Shown here piece after piece: positions 28,831-37,543 of a DNA stretch of 64,000 nucleotides. Position 1 is the stretch's first letter, and each line of letters starts with the position of its first letter. The notes beneath the pieces were generated by a model. It had not been told where the DNA came from. It made no database searches and saw nothing but the letters and a program-made list of their open reading frames with translations. The position numbers and the translations under genes are program-made. The DNA is from Acidimicrobiia bacterium (GTDB lineage: Bacteria > Actinomycetota > Acidimicrobiia > Spongiisociales > ZC4RG35), in contig JBGTFH010000057.1 of NCBI GenBank assembly GCA_041747375.1, positions 8,417 through 72,416 of the forward strand, in the 5' to 3' direction.

Positions 28831-29746
28831 GAGCGCGGACCATCGCCTCGCCCATGTCGGAAGGGGTTTCGGCCACGACGATTCCGGCATCGTTCATAGC
28901 TTCGATCTTGGCCTCGGCCGTGCCCCGGCCTCCTGAGACGATGGCGCCGGCATGACCCATCCGCTTCCCGGGAGGTGCCGTGGTCCCGGCGATGAAGCCG
29001 GCCACCGGAATACTCATTTCACTGGCAACGAACTCGGCGGCCTCCTCCTCCGCAGTCCCACCGATTTCACCGATCATGATCACCCCCTCGGTCTCCGGGT
29101 CCGCCTCGAAGAGTTCGAGAACATCAACAAAGCTGGTCCCGTTGACGGGGTCGCCACCGATGCCGATGGCGGTGGTCTGGCCGAGGCCGAGCAATGTCAG
29201 CTGATGCACAGCTTCGTAGGTAAGGGTCCCGGACCGTGACACCACCCCGATTTTCCCCCGTTGGTGGATGTAGCCGGGCATGATCCCGATCTTGCACTCG
29301 TTTGGTGTGATGACACCAGGGCAGTTAGGACCGACGAGACGGGTGCGTTTCCCCTCCAGATAACGCTTTGCCTTGATCATGTCGGCAACCGGGATTCCTT
29401 CGGTGATTGTCACCACGAGATCGACGCCGGAAGCTGCCGCCTCCATGATGGCGTCGGCGGCGAACGGTGGCGGCACATATATCACCGAAGCGTTTGCCCC
29501 GGTCTCGGCAACCGCCTCCGCCACCGTCCCGAAGATTGGCAACTTCTCGGCGAAGGTATCGGGCCTGCCCGGTACTCCGGAGTGGTCGGTCTCTCCCTCC
29601 AGGGTCACGGTGGTGCCGGCGCGTGACGGATGAACGGCCCCGACCATATTGGTCCCATAGGCAATTGCCTTCTCGGTGTGAAACTGACCGGTCTTCCCCA
29701 GGCCTTGAACCAATACCCGCGTGTTCTTGTCTACCAGAATGCTCAC
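28823..29746 (-). CDS. sucD: succinyl-CoA synthetase alpha subunit
   Basis: 307-aa ORF with [10 protein letters not shown] and the [10 protein letters not shown] phosphohistidine loop. GTGA overlap with the sucC stop. Confidence 0.95.
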   Translation of the reverse strand: MSILVDKNTRVLVQGLGKTGQFHTEKAIAYGTNMVGAVHPSRAGTTVTLEGETDHSGVPGRPDTFAEKLPIFGTVAEAVAETGANASVIYVPPPFAADAIMEAAASGVDLVVTITEGIPVADMIKAKRYLEGKRTRLVGPNCPGVITPNECKIGIMPGYIHQRGKIGVVSRSGTLTYEAVHQLTLLGLGQTTAIGIGGDPVNGTSFVDVLELFEADPETEGVIMIGEIGGTAEEEAAEFVASEMSIPVAGFIAGTTAPPGKRMGHAGAIVSGGRGTAEAKIEAMNDAGIVVAETPSDMGEAMVRALG

Positions 29747-30966
29747 TTGGTCAACTCCAGGATCTTGACTGCTCCATCCCTGAGGCTGTCAGCGTTCACC
29801 ACGTCGAGGCCTGATTCCTCGATGATCTGCTTGCCCAGCTCCACATTCGTTCCCTCCAACCTGACCACGAGAGGAACGGAGAGTCCTACCCGACCGACAG
29901 CCTCGACGATTCCTTCAGCGATGACATCACATCGCATGATTCCACCGAAGATGTTGACAAATATCCCCTTGACATTTTCGTCACCGGTGATGATCTCGAA
30001 GGCCCTCGTGACCTGGTCTGCCGTCGCACCACCCCCCACGTCGAGGAAATTGGCCGGCTCACCCCCGACATGCTTGATGGTGTCCATGGTGGCCATGGCC
30101 AGACCAGCCCCGTTGACGAGGCAACCGATGGTGCCGTCGAGCTTTATGTAGTTGAGCCCGGCTTCCTTGGCCGCTAGTTCGGAAGGATCTTCCTCGGTCG
30201 GATCTCGCATCTCGGCCACCTCGGGATGACGGAACAGAGCGTTGTCGTCGAACGCCATCTTGCCGTCGAGGGCCATGACGTTCCCACCGGTCGTAATCAC
30301 AAGGGGATTGATCTCGATCATGTCGGTATCCATATCACGCGCCATCGCCGTAAGCGCCTCGACAAATCCGGCGAAATTGGACGCCGCTTCACCCGTCAAC
30401 TCGAGATCGGACGCCATCTGGCCCGCCTGGAACGGAAGCAGTCCGACTGCGGGGTCGACTTCAGCACGGAGGATTCTTTCCGGGCTCTCCTCGGCGACTT
30501 TCTCGATTTCGACACCACCTTCGGTGGACGCCATCACGATGTTGCGGCCGACAGCCCTGTCGAGGAGAACTGCCAGATAGAGCTCGCGGGCAATGTCAAT
30601 CCCCTGTTCCAGATATAGACGGTTGACAGTTTTGCCCGCCTCTCCGGTCTGAATCGTGACCAGGGTTGAACCAAGCATCTTCGACGCCAGGTCGCTCACG
30701 GCACTTTCTGTCGCCTCTATCCCACCGTCGATACCGGCGGTGATCACATTGACCCCGTTGGTGCCAGGATGCTCGATAAAAGTCCCCTTGCCCCGGCCAC
30801 CGGCATGAATCTGCGACTTGAGGACGACAACCGGGTTACCCGACGACTCGACCAGTGGGCGTACCGCCGCCACTACCTCGTCGACAGTTGTAGCCATGGC
30901 GCCTGCCGGCACCGGTATCCCCCGGGCTGCCATGAGTTGCTTCGCCTGATATTCGTGGATCTTCAA
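29743..30966 (-). CDS. sucC: succinyl-CoA synthetase beta subunit
   Basis: 407-aa ORF with [12 protein letters not shown]-terminus and ATP-grasp and ligase-CoA motifs. Confidence 0.95.
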   Translation of the reverse strand: MKIHEYQAKQLMAARGIPVPAGAMATTVDEVVAAVRPLVESSGNPVVVLKSQIHAGGRGKGTFIEHPGTNGVNVITAGIDGGIEATESAVSDLASKMLGSTLVTIQTGEAGKTVNRLYLEQGIDIARELYLAVLLDRAVGRNIVMASTEGGVEIEKVAEESPERILRAEVDPAVGLLPFQAGQMASDLELTGEAASNFAGFVEALTAMARDMDTDMIEINPLVITTGGNVMALDGKMAFDDNALFRHPEVAEMRDPTEEDPSELAAKEAGLNYIKLDGTIGCLVNGAGLAMATMDTIKHVGGEPANFLDVGGGATADQVTRAFEIITGDENVKGIFVNIFGGIMRCDVIAEGIVEAVGRVGLSVPLVVRLEGTNVELGKQIIEESGLDVVNADSLRDGAVKILELTK

Positions 30967-30978
30967 TTGGTTCCTTCC

Positions 30979-31404
30979 TTACTGATCCCTCGAGGGAATA
31001 TTCGCTTCCACCCACTCAGTGATCTCATCGAGTTGGGTACCGGGGGTGAAAATCATCGCAATGCCAGCACTCTCCAAGGCCTGATGGTCCGCATCCGGAA
31101 TGACGCCTCCTCCGAAGACGAGAATGTTCCCGGCATCGCGCGCTCTGAGTTGTTCGACAACCTGTGGGAAGAGAGTTTTGTGGGCGCCGGACAGACTGGA
31201 GAGCCCGACGGCGTCGACATCTTCCTGTACCGCCGTCTCGGCGATTTGAGCGGGTGTCTGATGCAGTCCGGAGTAGACGACCTCGTGCCCCGCGTCACGG
31301 AGGACTCTTGCGATTACTTTCGCCCCACGATCGTGTCCGTCGAGACCGGGTTTTGCAATGAGAATTCTGCGAGGCATACCGGCGGCCAAGGCTAGTTCGC
31401 CCAT
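30979..31404 (-). CDS. stand-alone cobalamin-binding domain of a methylmalonyl-CoA mutase-type enzyme
   Basis: 141-aa ORF with [32 protein letters not shown] (DxHxxG B12 motif) and GVIP. Confidence 0.85.
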   Translation of the reverse strand: MGELALAAGMPRRILIAKPGLDGHDRGAKVIARVLRDAGHEVVYSGLHQTPAQIAETAVQEDVDAVGLSSLSGAHKTLFPQVVEQLRARDAGNILVFGGGVIPDADHQALESAGIAMIFTPGTQLDEITEWVEANIPSRDQ

Positions 31405-31472
31405 CCGAGGTTGGGAGAATCGCCAGTTTTTCCTGGTTGACAGAAATCTGTCACGTCAATACACTAATCTGT

Positions 31473-31715
31473 ATGCAGACCACACTTCGATTGAACGACA
31501 ACCTGATGCGAGCCGTCAAAGCTGTGGCGGCGTCCGAAGGCCAGAGTCTGACTTCGTTCATCGAAGAGTCGTTGCGCATGCGGTTGACGGCCCGCGACAA
31601 CGCTGAGCGATCCGACCGACCGACTATCCCGGTGTCCTCCGGGGCCGGTGGCCTGATGCCCGGCGTCGACCTCGACGACAGCGCATCCCTGCTCGATTTG
31701 ATGGAGGGTCGTTGA
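31473..31715 (+). CDS. vapB: type II antitoxin (VapB-like)
   Basis: About 80-aa product MQTTLRLNDNLMRAVKAVAASEGQSLTSFIEESLR. Stop overlaps the toxin start (TTGA). Confidence 0.7.
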   Translation: MQTTLRLNDNLMRAVKAVAASEGQSLTSFIEESLRMRLTARDNAERSDRPTIPVSSGAGGLMPGVDLDDSASLLDLMEGR

Positions 31716-32146
31716 TCCTCCACGACGTAAACGTCCTCGTGTACGTCTACCGCGAGGACACCGACGATCATGACCGGTTCCGGGAGTCATTTGATGAGGT
31801 TGTGGGCTCGCCAACGGCATTCGGTTACTCGAATCTCATCCTGTCAGGATTCATCAGGGTGGTCACCAATCCACGGGTGTTTGCGGTCCCGACACATACA
31901 CGGGACGCCCTGGAATTCACAGAGGCTGTTCGTGGGCAACCAAACGCAGTCGAAATAAGGCCAGGAAATCGACATTGGGAGATATTTGTGGCGTTGTGTG
32001 CGAACAACGGTATCAAGGGGAACCTGGTGGCCGACGCTTATCACGCGGCCCTCGCCATCGAAGCCGGCGCCGAGTTCCTCACGACCGATGGTGACTTTGC
32101 CCGCTTCCCGGGGCTGAAATGGCGTCACCCGCTCGCCCACAACTGA
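31712..32146 (+). CDS. vapC: PIN-domain toxin (VapC family)
   Basis: 144-aa ORF with an acidic PIN residue pattern (ILHDVNVLV, NLVADAYHAALAIEAGAEFLTTDGDFARF). Confidence 0.8.
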   Translation: MILHDVNVLVYVYREDTDDHDRFRESFDEVVGSPTAFGYSNLILSGFIRVVTNPRVFAVPTHTRDALEFTEAVRGQPNAVEIRPGNRHWEIFVALCANNGIKGNLVADAYHAALAIEAGAEFLTTDGDFARFPGLKWRHPLAHN

Positions 32147-32185
32147 AGTGTGAGGCCAACCGGCATAGTGGCCTACGCTTAGGCC

Positions 32186-33283
32186 ATGACGCATTCAAAT
32201 CTTCATGGGCTCAGCGCAGCAGGGGTCAGTGTGTGGTCCGACCAGATCTCACGCGAGATGCTCGATTCGGGAGAGTTGCAACGTCGGATCGATGAAGACG
32301 CCGTTACCGGGGTCACATCCAACCCGAGCATCTTCGCCAAGGCCATCACCGAATCTGACACCTATGACGACCATATCGCCGATTTGAAGTCGGCAGGCAC
32401 TCCGACGGAGGAGATCGTCAAATCCCTGATGGCCGCCGATCTGACACGGGCCTGTGACGCCCTTGCTGACGTCCATCAACGTACCCTCGGGACCGATGGC
32501 CATGTTTCGGTGGAGGTGTCCCCAACCCTCGCCTCCGATACGGAGGCCACGATCGCCGAAGCCCGCGATTGGGTGAAGCAGATCGACCGGCCCAACCTCC
32601 TGGTCAAAGTCCCGGCCACCCCAGAAGGGATCCCCGCCATCGAACAGCTAACCGCAGAAGGTGTCTCGATCAACATCACTCTCATCTTCTCGCTACCCCG
32701 CTACCGGGAGGTGATGAACGCCTACATCACTGGATTGGAGCGTTTCGCCGCCGACGGGGGCGATGTCTCCCAAGTCGCTTCCGTCGCCTCGTTTTTTGTG
32801 TCCCGATTCGATTCTGAAGTTGATGAGCGATTGGCGGAGTTGGAGACCGAAGAGGCAGACTCCCTTCTTGGAGTCACCGCAGTGGCTAATGCCCGCGTGG
32901 CTTACGGCGACTATCTCGAGTTGTTTTCCTCGGAGCGCTGGAAAAAGCTCGAAGCAATTGGTGCCCGCCCCCAAAAACCCCTTTGGGCATCGACTTCGAC
33001 CAAGAATCCCGCGTATAGCGACTTGCTCTATGTCGAGGATCTGGTCGCGCCGGGCACAGTGAACACGATGCCACTGGAAACCATCGACGCCTACCAGGAT
33101 CATGGCAACCCGATTCCACAAGCCTTCACCGAGCATGACATAGAGAGAGCCCGCCTCGACCTGGCCCGACTCCAGGACGTCGGGGTCGATTACGCCGACG
33201 TCGTTCAAACTCTCGAGGATGAAGGGGTGGAGAAGTTCACCCAGGCGTGGAACGAGTTACTCCAGGACGTCGAAAAAGCATAA
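32186..33283 (+). CDS. tal: transaldolase
   Basis: 365-aa ORF with GVTSNPSIFAKAI and LLVKVPATPEGIPAIEQL (Schiff-base Lys). Confidence 0.9.
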   Translation: MTHSNLHGLSAAGVSVWSDQISREMLDSGELQRRIDEDAVTGVTSNPSIFAKAITESDTYDDHIADLKSAGTPTEEIVKSLMAADLTRACDALADVHQRTLGTDGHVSVEVSPTLASDTEATIAEARDWVKQIDRPNLLVKVPATPEGIPAIEQLTAEGVSINITLIFSLPRYREVMNAYITGLERFAADGGDVSQVASVASFFVSRFDSEVDERLAELETEEADSLLGVTAVANARVAYGDYLELFSSERWKKLEAIGARPQKPLWASTSTKNPAYSDLLYVEDLVAPGTVNTMPLETIDAYQDHGNPIPQAFTEHDIERARLDLARLQDVGVDYADVVQTLEDEGVEKFTQAWNELLQDVEKA

Positions 33284-33345
33284 ACCGGACCGACCCTGAA
33301 CGCGGCGGCTTACGGGTCAATCCGCCCCCGCACTATTCTCACCCG

Positions 33346-34047
33346 ATGTCAGACACCGAAGCTCCAAAAACCTTTGCCATGTCCGAAAGGGTTGAGCTCG
33401 TCGCAACCATAATCATGGCCCTTGCCGCAATCTTCACCGCATGGGCGGCCTTTGAGAGTGCCAAATGGTCGGGAGTCCAGGCCACATCTTTTGCCAAGGC
33501 CGGGGCGGCTCGAACCGAATCATCCCGATTCGACACGGCAGCAGGCCAAAAATCCGGAATCGATGTGGCCACTTACACCAGCTGGTTGGCGGCGATAAAC
33601 ACGGACGTGAGAGACGGTCTGGTCGATATCAGTGAGGGGAGCACCTACGAGCCGACCCCGGGCACCCTCTCCGGATTCATCTACCAAAGGGTGAGGCCGG
33701 AATTCGCTCCTGCTTTCGACGCCTGGATCGACGCGTTCTTTGCCAATCGGTCCACCGCCCCGCCGACTCCATTCTCCATGGATGAGTACGTCGTCGAAGA
33801 TCGGCTGACAGCACAAGAATTTCTTGTCGAGGCGGAAACCCAGGCCAAGAACGCCGCAACTGCAAACCAGAACTCGGACAACTATGTGCTAACCGTGGTT
33901 GCTTTTGCGCTGGTGTTGTTCTTCGGCGGTGTGGCCTCAAAGCTTGCCTCCGAGCGCAACCAGGCGATCACGATCGGAACCGCTACGGTGCTTTTCCTGG
34001 GGGCGACGGTGGTGCTGTTCAGCCTCCCCAAGATCTGGCCCTGGTAG
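33346..34047 (+). CDS. hypothetical membrane protein
   Basis: Start at the ATG at 33346 (MSDTEAP). TM helices near both ends (LVATIIMALAAIFTAWAAF; VLTVVAFALVLFFGGV; IGTATVLFLGATVVLF). Confidence 0.55.
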   Translation: MSDTEAPKTFAMSERVELVATIIMALAAIFTAWAAFESAKWSGVQATSFAKAGAARTESSRFDTAAGQKSGIDVATYTSWLAAINTDVRDGLVDISEGSTYEPTPGTLSGFIYQRVRPEFAPAFDAWIDAFFANRSTAPPTPFSMDEYVVEDRLTAQEFLVEAETQAKNAATANQNSDNYVLTVVAFALVLFFGGVASKLASERNQAITIGTATVLFLGATVVLFSLPKIWPW

Positions 34048-34083
34048 GCAATACGGCAAGACGGAGGTCTGGCCGCTCCCCGC

Positions 34084-36312
34084 TCAGGCCTTTTCCAGCG
34101 GAGCCCAGGCCAGAAGGAGCCTCTTCTTTCCCTGGGTGTCGAACATGACCTCGGCTTCGGCACGGTCGCCTGAGCCAACGATCTCCCGCACCGTTCCCAG
34201 CCCCCACTTGTCATGACGGATCCGGTCCCCGGGGCCAACCAGCGCAGGGTCGATCTGGATCCTCGGACCCGATGAGGCGGCCCGATCGACCGGTGAACGG
34301 CGGACCCGCTTACCCGCTTTTTCCATGAGCTCGCCGGGGACCTCCTGGAGGAACCGGGACGGCGGGTTGTAGTTGGACCCGCCGAACAGCATTCGATTCC
34401 AGGCGGAGGTCAAGAAGAGCTGGTCCTGGGCCCGGGTGATCCCGACATAGGCGAGCCGACGTTCTTCCTCGAGTTCGTTCGGGTCGCCGAGTGAACGCAT
34501 GTGGGGGAACACTCCGTCTTCCATCCCGATAACAAATACGACCGGAAATTCGAGGCCTTTCGCGGTATGGAGGGTCATGAGTGTCACCGCTCCGGCGCCT
34601 TCCTCGTATTCGTCGATGTCGGCGACCAACGAGGTGGTTTCGAGGAGGATCTCGAGGCGACGCAAATTGTCCATGCCGTCAAACTCCTCGTCACCGATGA
34701 TCGCCCCCTCGTTGGAGTGCTCGAATTCGGCAGCCACTCCGACGAGTTCTCTGAGGTTCTCCACCCGGCCCATCGCCTCGATGGTCTTCTGTGCGTCGTA
34801 GGCGGCCACCATCCCTGTGTCATCGAGCACCGCCTGCACGGCGGCCTCTACGCCGCTCTCGATTGCCTTACCCCTGAGCATGTCGAGGAGAGCGGAGAAT
34901 TCCGAGACAGCTTTCTGAGCCCGGTCGTTCAGTTGGGGTATCTCTGAAACTCTCGCCATTCCCTCTGCGAACGAGATCTGTCTGGCCTGGCTGAACCGGT
35001 CGATGTGGGCCAGTGTGGTAGCCCCGATCCCCCGCTTCGGCTCATTGATCACCCGCTTCAGAGAGACCTCGTCGGCGGGATTCACCAACGCCCTCAGGTA
35101 GGCAACTGCATCTTTGATCTCCTTGCGGTCGTAGAACTTGACCGAACCGACAACGTTGTAGGGCAAGCCGCGCCGGACGAAGACGTCTTCAACGACCCGG
35201 GACATGGCATTGGTCCGATAGAAAACTGCCATGTCGGAGAGATTGAAACCGTCGCCCTGGAGACGCTCTACTTGATCGACGACGAAGCCTGCCTCGTCAT
35301 GCTCATCTTCGGCTTCGTAACGGATGATCGGCCCACCGCGTCCCCGATCCGACCACAGGTTCTTGGGTGACCGTTTCGTGTTGTTCGATATGACTGAGTT
35401 GGCGGCGTCGAGGATCGTCTCAGTCGACCGATAATTCTGGTCGAGGACCACAACCCGGGCGTCGGGATAGTCCTTTTCAAAGTCGACGATGTTACGAATG
35501 TCGGCGCCACGGAATCTGTAGATCGATTGATCGGAGTCCCCGACCACGCATACATTCCGGAACTTGCCTGAAAGCTGATTGACAAGCGTGTACTGGGCGC
35601 GGTTGGTGTCCTGGTACTCGTCGACCAAAACGTACCGGAATCGCTCCTGATAGTGACCGAGAACGTCCGGGAACGCCCCGAACAGCTCGACGGTGATCAT
35701 CAGGAGGTCATCGAAGTCCATCGCCGACGCGGAAAGGAGACGTTGCTGGTACAGCCGGTAGATATCGGCGATCTGTTCCTGGTAGAACCCATCGGTCTGC
35801 TCGGCGAACGTTTCGAAGTCGATCAGCTCATTCTTGGCATTCGAGATGGCTGCTTTGACAGCCTTGGGAGGGAACCGTTTGGTGTCCAGGTCGAGATCCT
35901 TGATCACCAGTGAGATGAGCCGTACTGAGTCGGCCTCGTCATAAATCGAAAATCCCGACTTGTATCCGAGTCGGGAAGCCTCTCTCCGCAGGATACGAAC
36001 ACATGCCGAGTGGAACGTCGACACCCACATCGACCGGACCATCCCGCCAACCAGGAGACCGACCCGCTCCTTCATCTCGTCCGCGGCCTTATTCGTGAAT
36101 GTGATGGCGAGTATCGACCCCGGCGGGACTTTCATGTCACGGATCAGATGCGCTATCCGATAGGTCAGCACACGGGTTTTCCCCGAACCTGCCCCGGCGA
36201 CCACCAACAAGGGGCCCTCTGTTGCGGCGACGGCTTCCCTCTGTGTCGGGTTGAGGTCGGCGAAAAGAGGAGACTCTGCCGGGACATCGTCGAGAAACCA
36301 TTCAGCTTGCAT
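34084..36312 (-). CDS. pcrA: ATP-dependent DNA helicase PcrA/UvrD1
   Basis: 742-aa ORF with Walker A AGAGSGKTRVLTYRIAHL, DEYQDTN, and a C-terminal Tudor-like tail. Confidence 0.95.
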   Translation of the reverse strand: MQAEWFLDDVPAESPLFADLNPTQREAVAATEGPLLVVAGAGSGKTRVLTYRIAHLIRDMKVPPGSILAITFTNKAADEMKERVGLLVGGMVRSMWVSTFHSACVRILRREASRLGYKSGFSIYDEADSVRLISLVIKDLDLDTKRFPPKAVKAAISNAKNELIDFETFAEQTDGFYQEQIADIYRLYQQRLLSASAMDFDDLLMITVELFGAFPDVLGHYQERFRYVLVDEYQDTNRAQYTLVNQLSGKFRNVCVVGDSDQSIYRFRGADIRNIVDFEKDYPDARVVVLDQNYRSTETILDAANSVISNNTKRSPKNLWSDRGRGGPIIRYEAEDEHDEAGFVVDQVERLQGDGFNLSDMAVFYRTNAMSRVVEDVFVRRGLPYNVVGSVKFYDRKEIKDAVAYLRALVNPADEVSLKRVINEPKRGIGATTLAHIDRFSQARQISFAEGMARVSEIPQLNDRAQKAVSEFSALLDMLRGKAIESGVEAAVQAVLDDTGMVAAYDAQKTIEAMGRVENLRELVGVAAEFEHSNEGAIIGDEEFDGMDNLRRLEILLETTSLVADIDEYEEGAGAVTLMTLHTAKGLEFPVVFVIGMEDGVFPHMRSLGDPNELEEERRLAYVGITRAQDQLFLTSAWNRMLFGGSNYNPPSRFLQEVPGELMEKAGKRVRRSPVDRAASSGPRIQIDPALVGPGDRIRHDKWGLGTVREIVGSGDRAEAEVMFDTQGKKRLLLAWAPLEKA

Positions 36313-36388
36313 CAGGCCCGATAGTACCGGCGTCCACCGACTGAATCACAACCATGTGATCAAGTCGTCCCCATCCAGCGAAGTACGT

Positions 36389-37297
36389 TCAGAGTTGCCT
36401 GGCAGCGACCTCGTCGAGGTCGACCTCAGCTAGGTTGATCACTTCAGGCTCACCGGGCCGCCCGTCGCCACCGATCTGGCGACGCTTGAGCGGAAGCGAG
36501 TAACAGAATCGGGATCCGGTGGGAAAGCGGCGCTCATACCAGACTTCACCACCCATCGCCCTGGCCAGACGGCGGGCAATCGGGAGACCGAGCCCGATCC
36601 CGGTGCTCTCTCTCGCATCGCCCTTCGAGACCTGTTCAAAATTCTCGAAGACCTTTCGGGTTTCCTCATCGGGAACCCCGGCGCCGTTGTCCGCGATCAC
36701 CACCAGATACTGGTCGCCCATCACGTAGCCCTCCACCATGATCTGATCACCGCCATACTTGCGGGCGTTCTCGAGGAGGTTGCGCAGTGTTTGGTGGACC
36801 CGTCGCCGGTCAGCAAGCACACGGACACCTTCGGGCAGGCTGACCTCCGCCGATTTCTTTCCTCCTGAGGGGAATACCATCCTCGAAACCTCAGAGATCA
36901 AATCGCCCAGATCGAACAGTTCGGGATGAAACCGAAGGCGATTTGCTTCGAGGCGGGGAATGACGAGTACGTCCTCAACGAGGTCTCCCAGGTAGACCGA
37001 CTGCATGTTGATGATCGAAAGAAACTCGTCTACTTCTGAAGTGGGGAGATCCTGCCACGAATGAACGAGGGTGTCGGCGAAGCCGGCAATCGAGGTGAGC
37101 GGGGTCCTGAGCTCGTGACTCACCATTGCGACGAAGTCGTTCTTGATGGTGTGAGCTTCCTCGGAGAGACGGATTATCTCCTTCTCGCGCGCTCGCCCGG
37201 AGGCGGTTATCCGATAGGCGTAGAACACAGCAGCAAGACCCACGAGCGGAAGCAGGTAGGCAACCAGGTCGGGAAGACGCGGCACGTCGAGCATCAC
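36389..37297 (-). CDS. membrane-anchored histidine kinase without recognisable sensor domain
   Basis: 302-aa ORF with one TM helix, H-box VSHELRTPL, N/G boxes DNGAGVPDE and GIGLGLPIARRLA. Confidence 0.85.
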   Translation of the reverse strand: MMLDVPRLPDLVAYLLPLVGLAAVFYAYRITASGRAREKEIIRLSEEAHTIKNDFVAMVSHELRTPLTSIAGFADTLVHSWQDLPTSEVDEFLSIINMQSVYLGDLVEDVLVIPRLEANRLRFHPELFDLGDLISEVSRMVFPSGGKKSAEVSLPEGVRVLADRRRVHQTLRNLLENARKYGGDQIMVEGYVMGDQYLVVIADNGAGVPDEETRKVFENFEQVSKGDARESTGIGLGLPIARRLARAMGGEVWYERRFPTGSRFCYSLPLKRRQIGGDGRPGEPEVINLAEVDLDEVAARQL

Positions 37298-37361
37298 TTG
37301 AAACTATCGGCAATTTTCGGGGGGCAATTGAGTCATGCTTTCTCTCTGAGCCAAGGTTGCT

Positions 37362-37515
37362 CTCCCTCCATTCATGGAGGGAGTGGCATCGTCCCGAGTA
37401 GGGGCGATGACGAGGGTGGGGCTAAAGACAACACGCACCGATCGGCGTTGATCTCAGACCCCCACCCCCGTCTCGACCCTGCGGGTCGATCCACCCCCTC
37501 CGCTAACGGAGGGGG
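37362..37515. other. cluster of four strong hairpins in the kinase-kinase spacer
   Basis: CTCCCTCC-ATTCAT-GGAGGGAG (37362-37383); CATCGTCCC-GAGTA-GGGGCGATG (37387-37409); TCGACCC-TGC-GGGTCGA (37473-37489); CCCCCTCCG-CTAA-CGGAGGGGG (37494-37515). Confidence 0.7.
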
Positions 37516-37543
37516 AGCCGGAAAGGAACAAGAACTGGATCGA

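Noticed and set aside
36313-36388. 76-bp spacer between pcrA and the histidine kinase examined as a possible tRNA
   Set aside because: It has no T-loop (GTTCGAAT-like) or acceptor/CCA features. It contains only a 6-bp palindrome, ATCACA-ACCA-TGTGAT (36345-36360).
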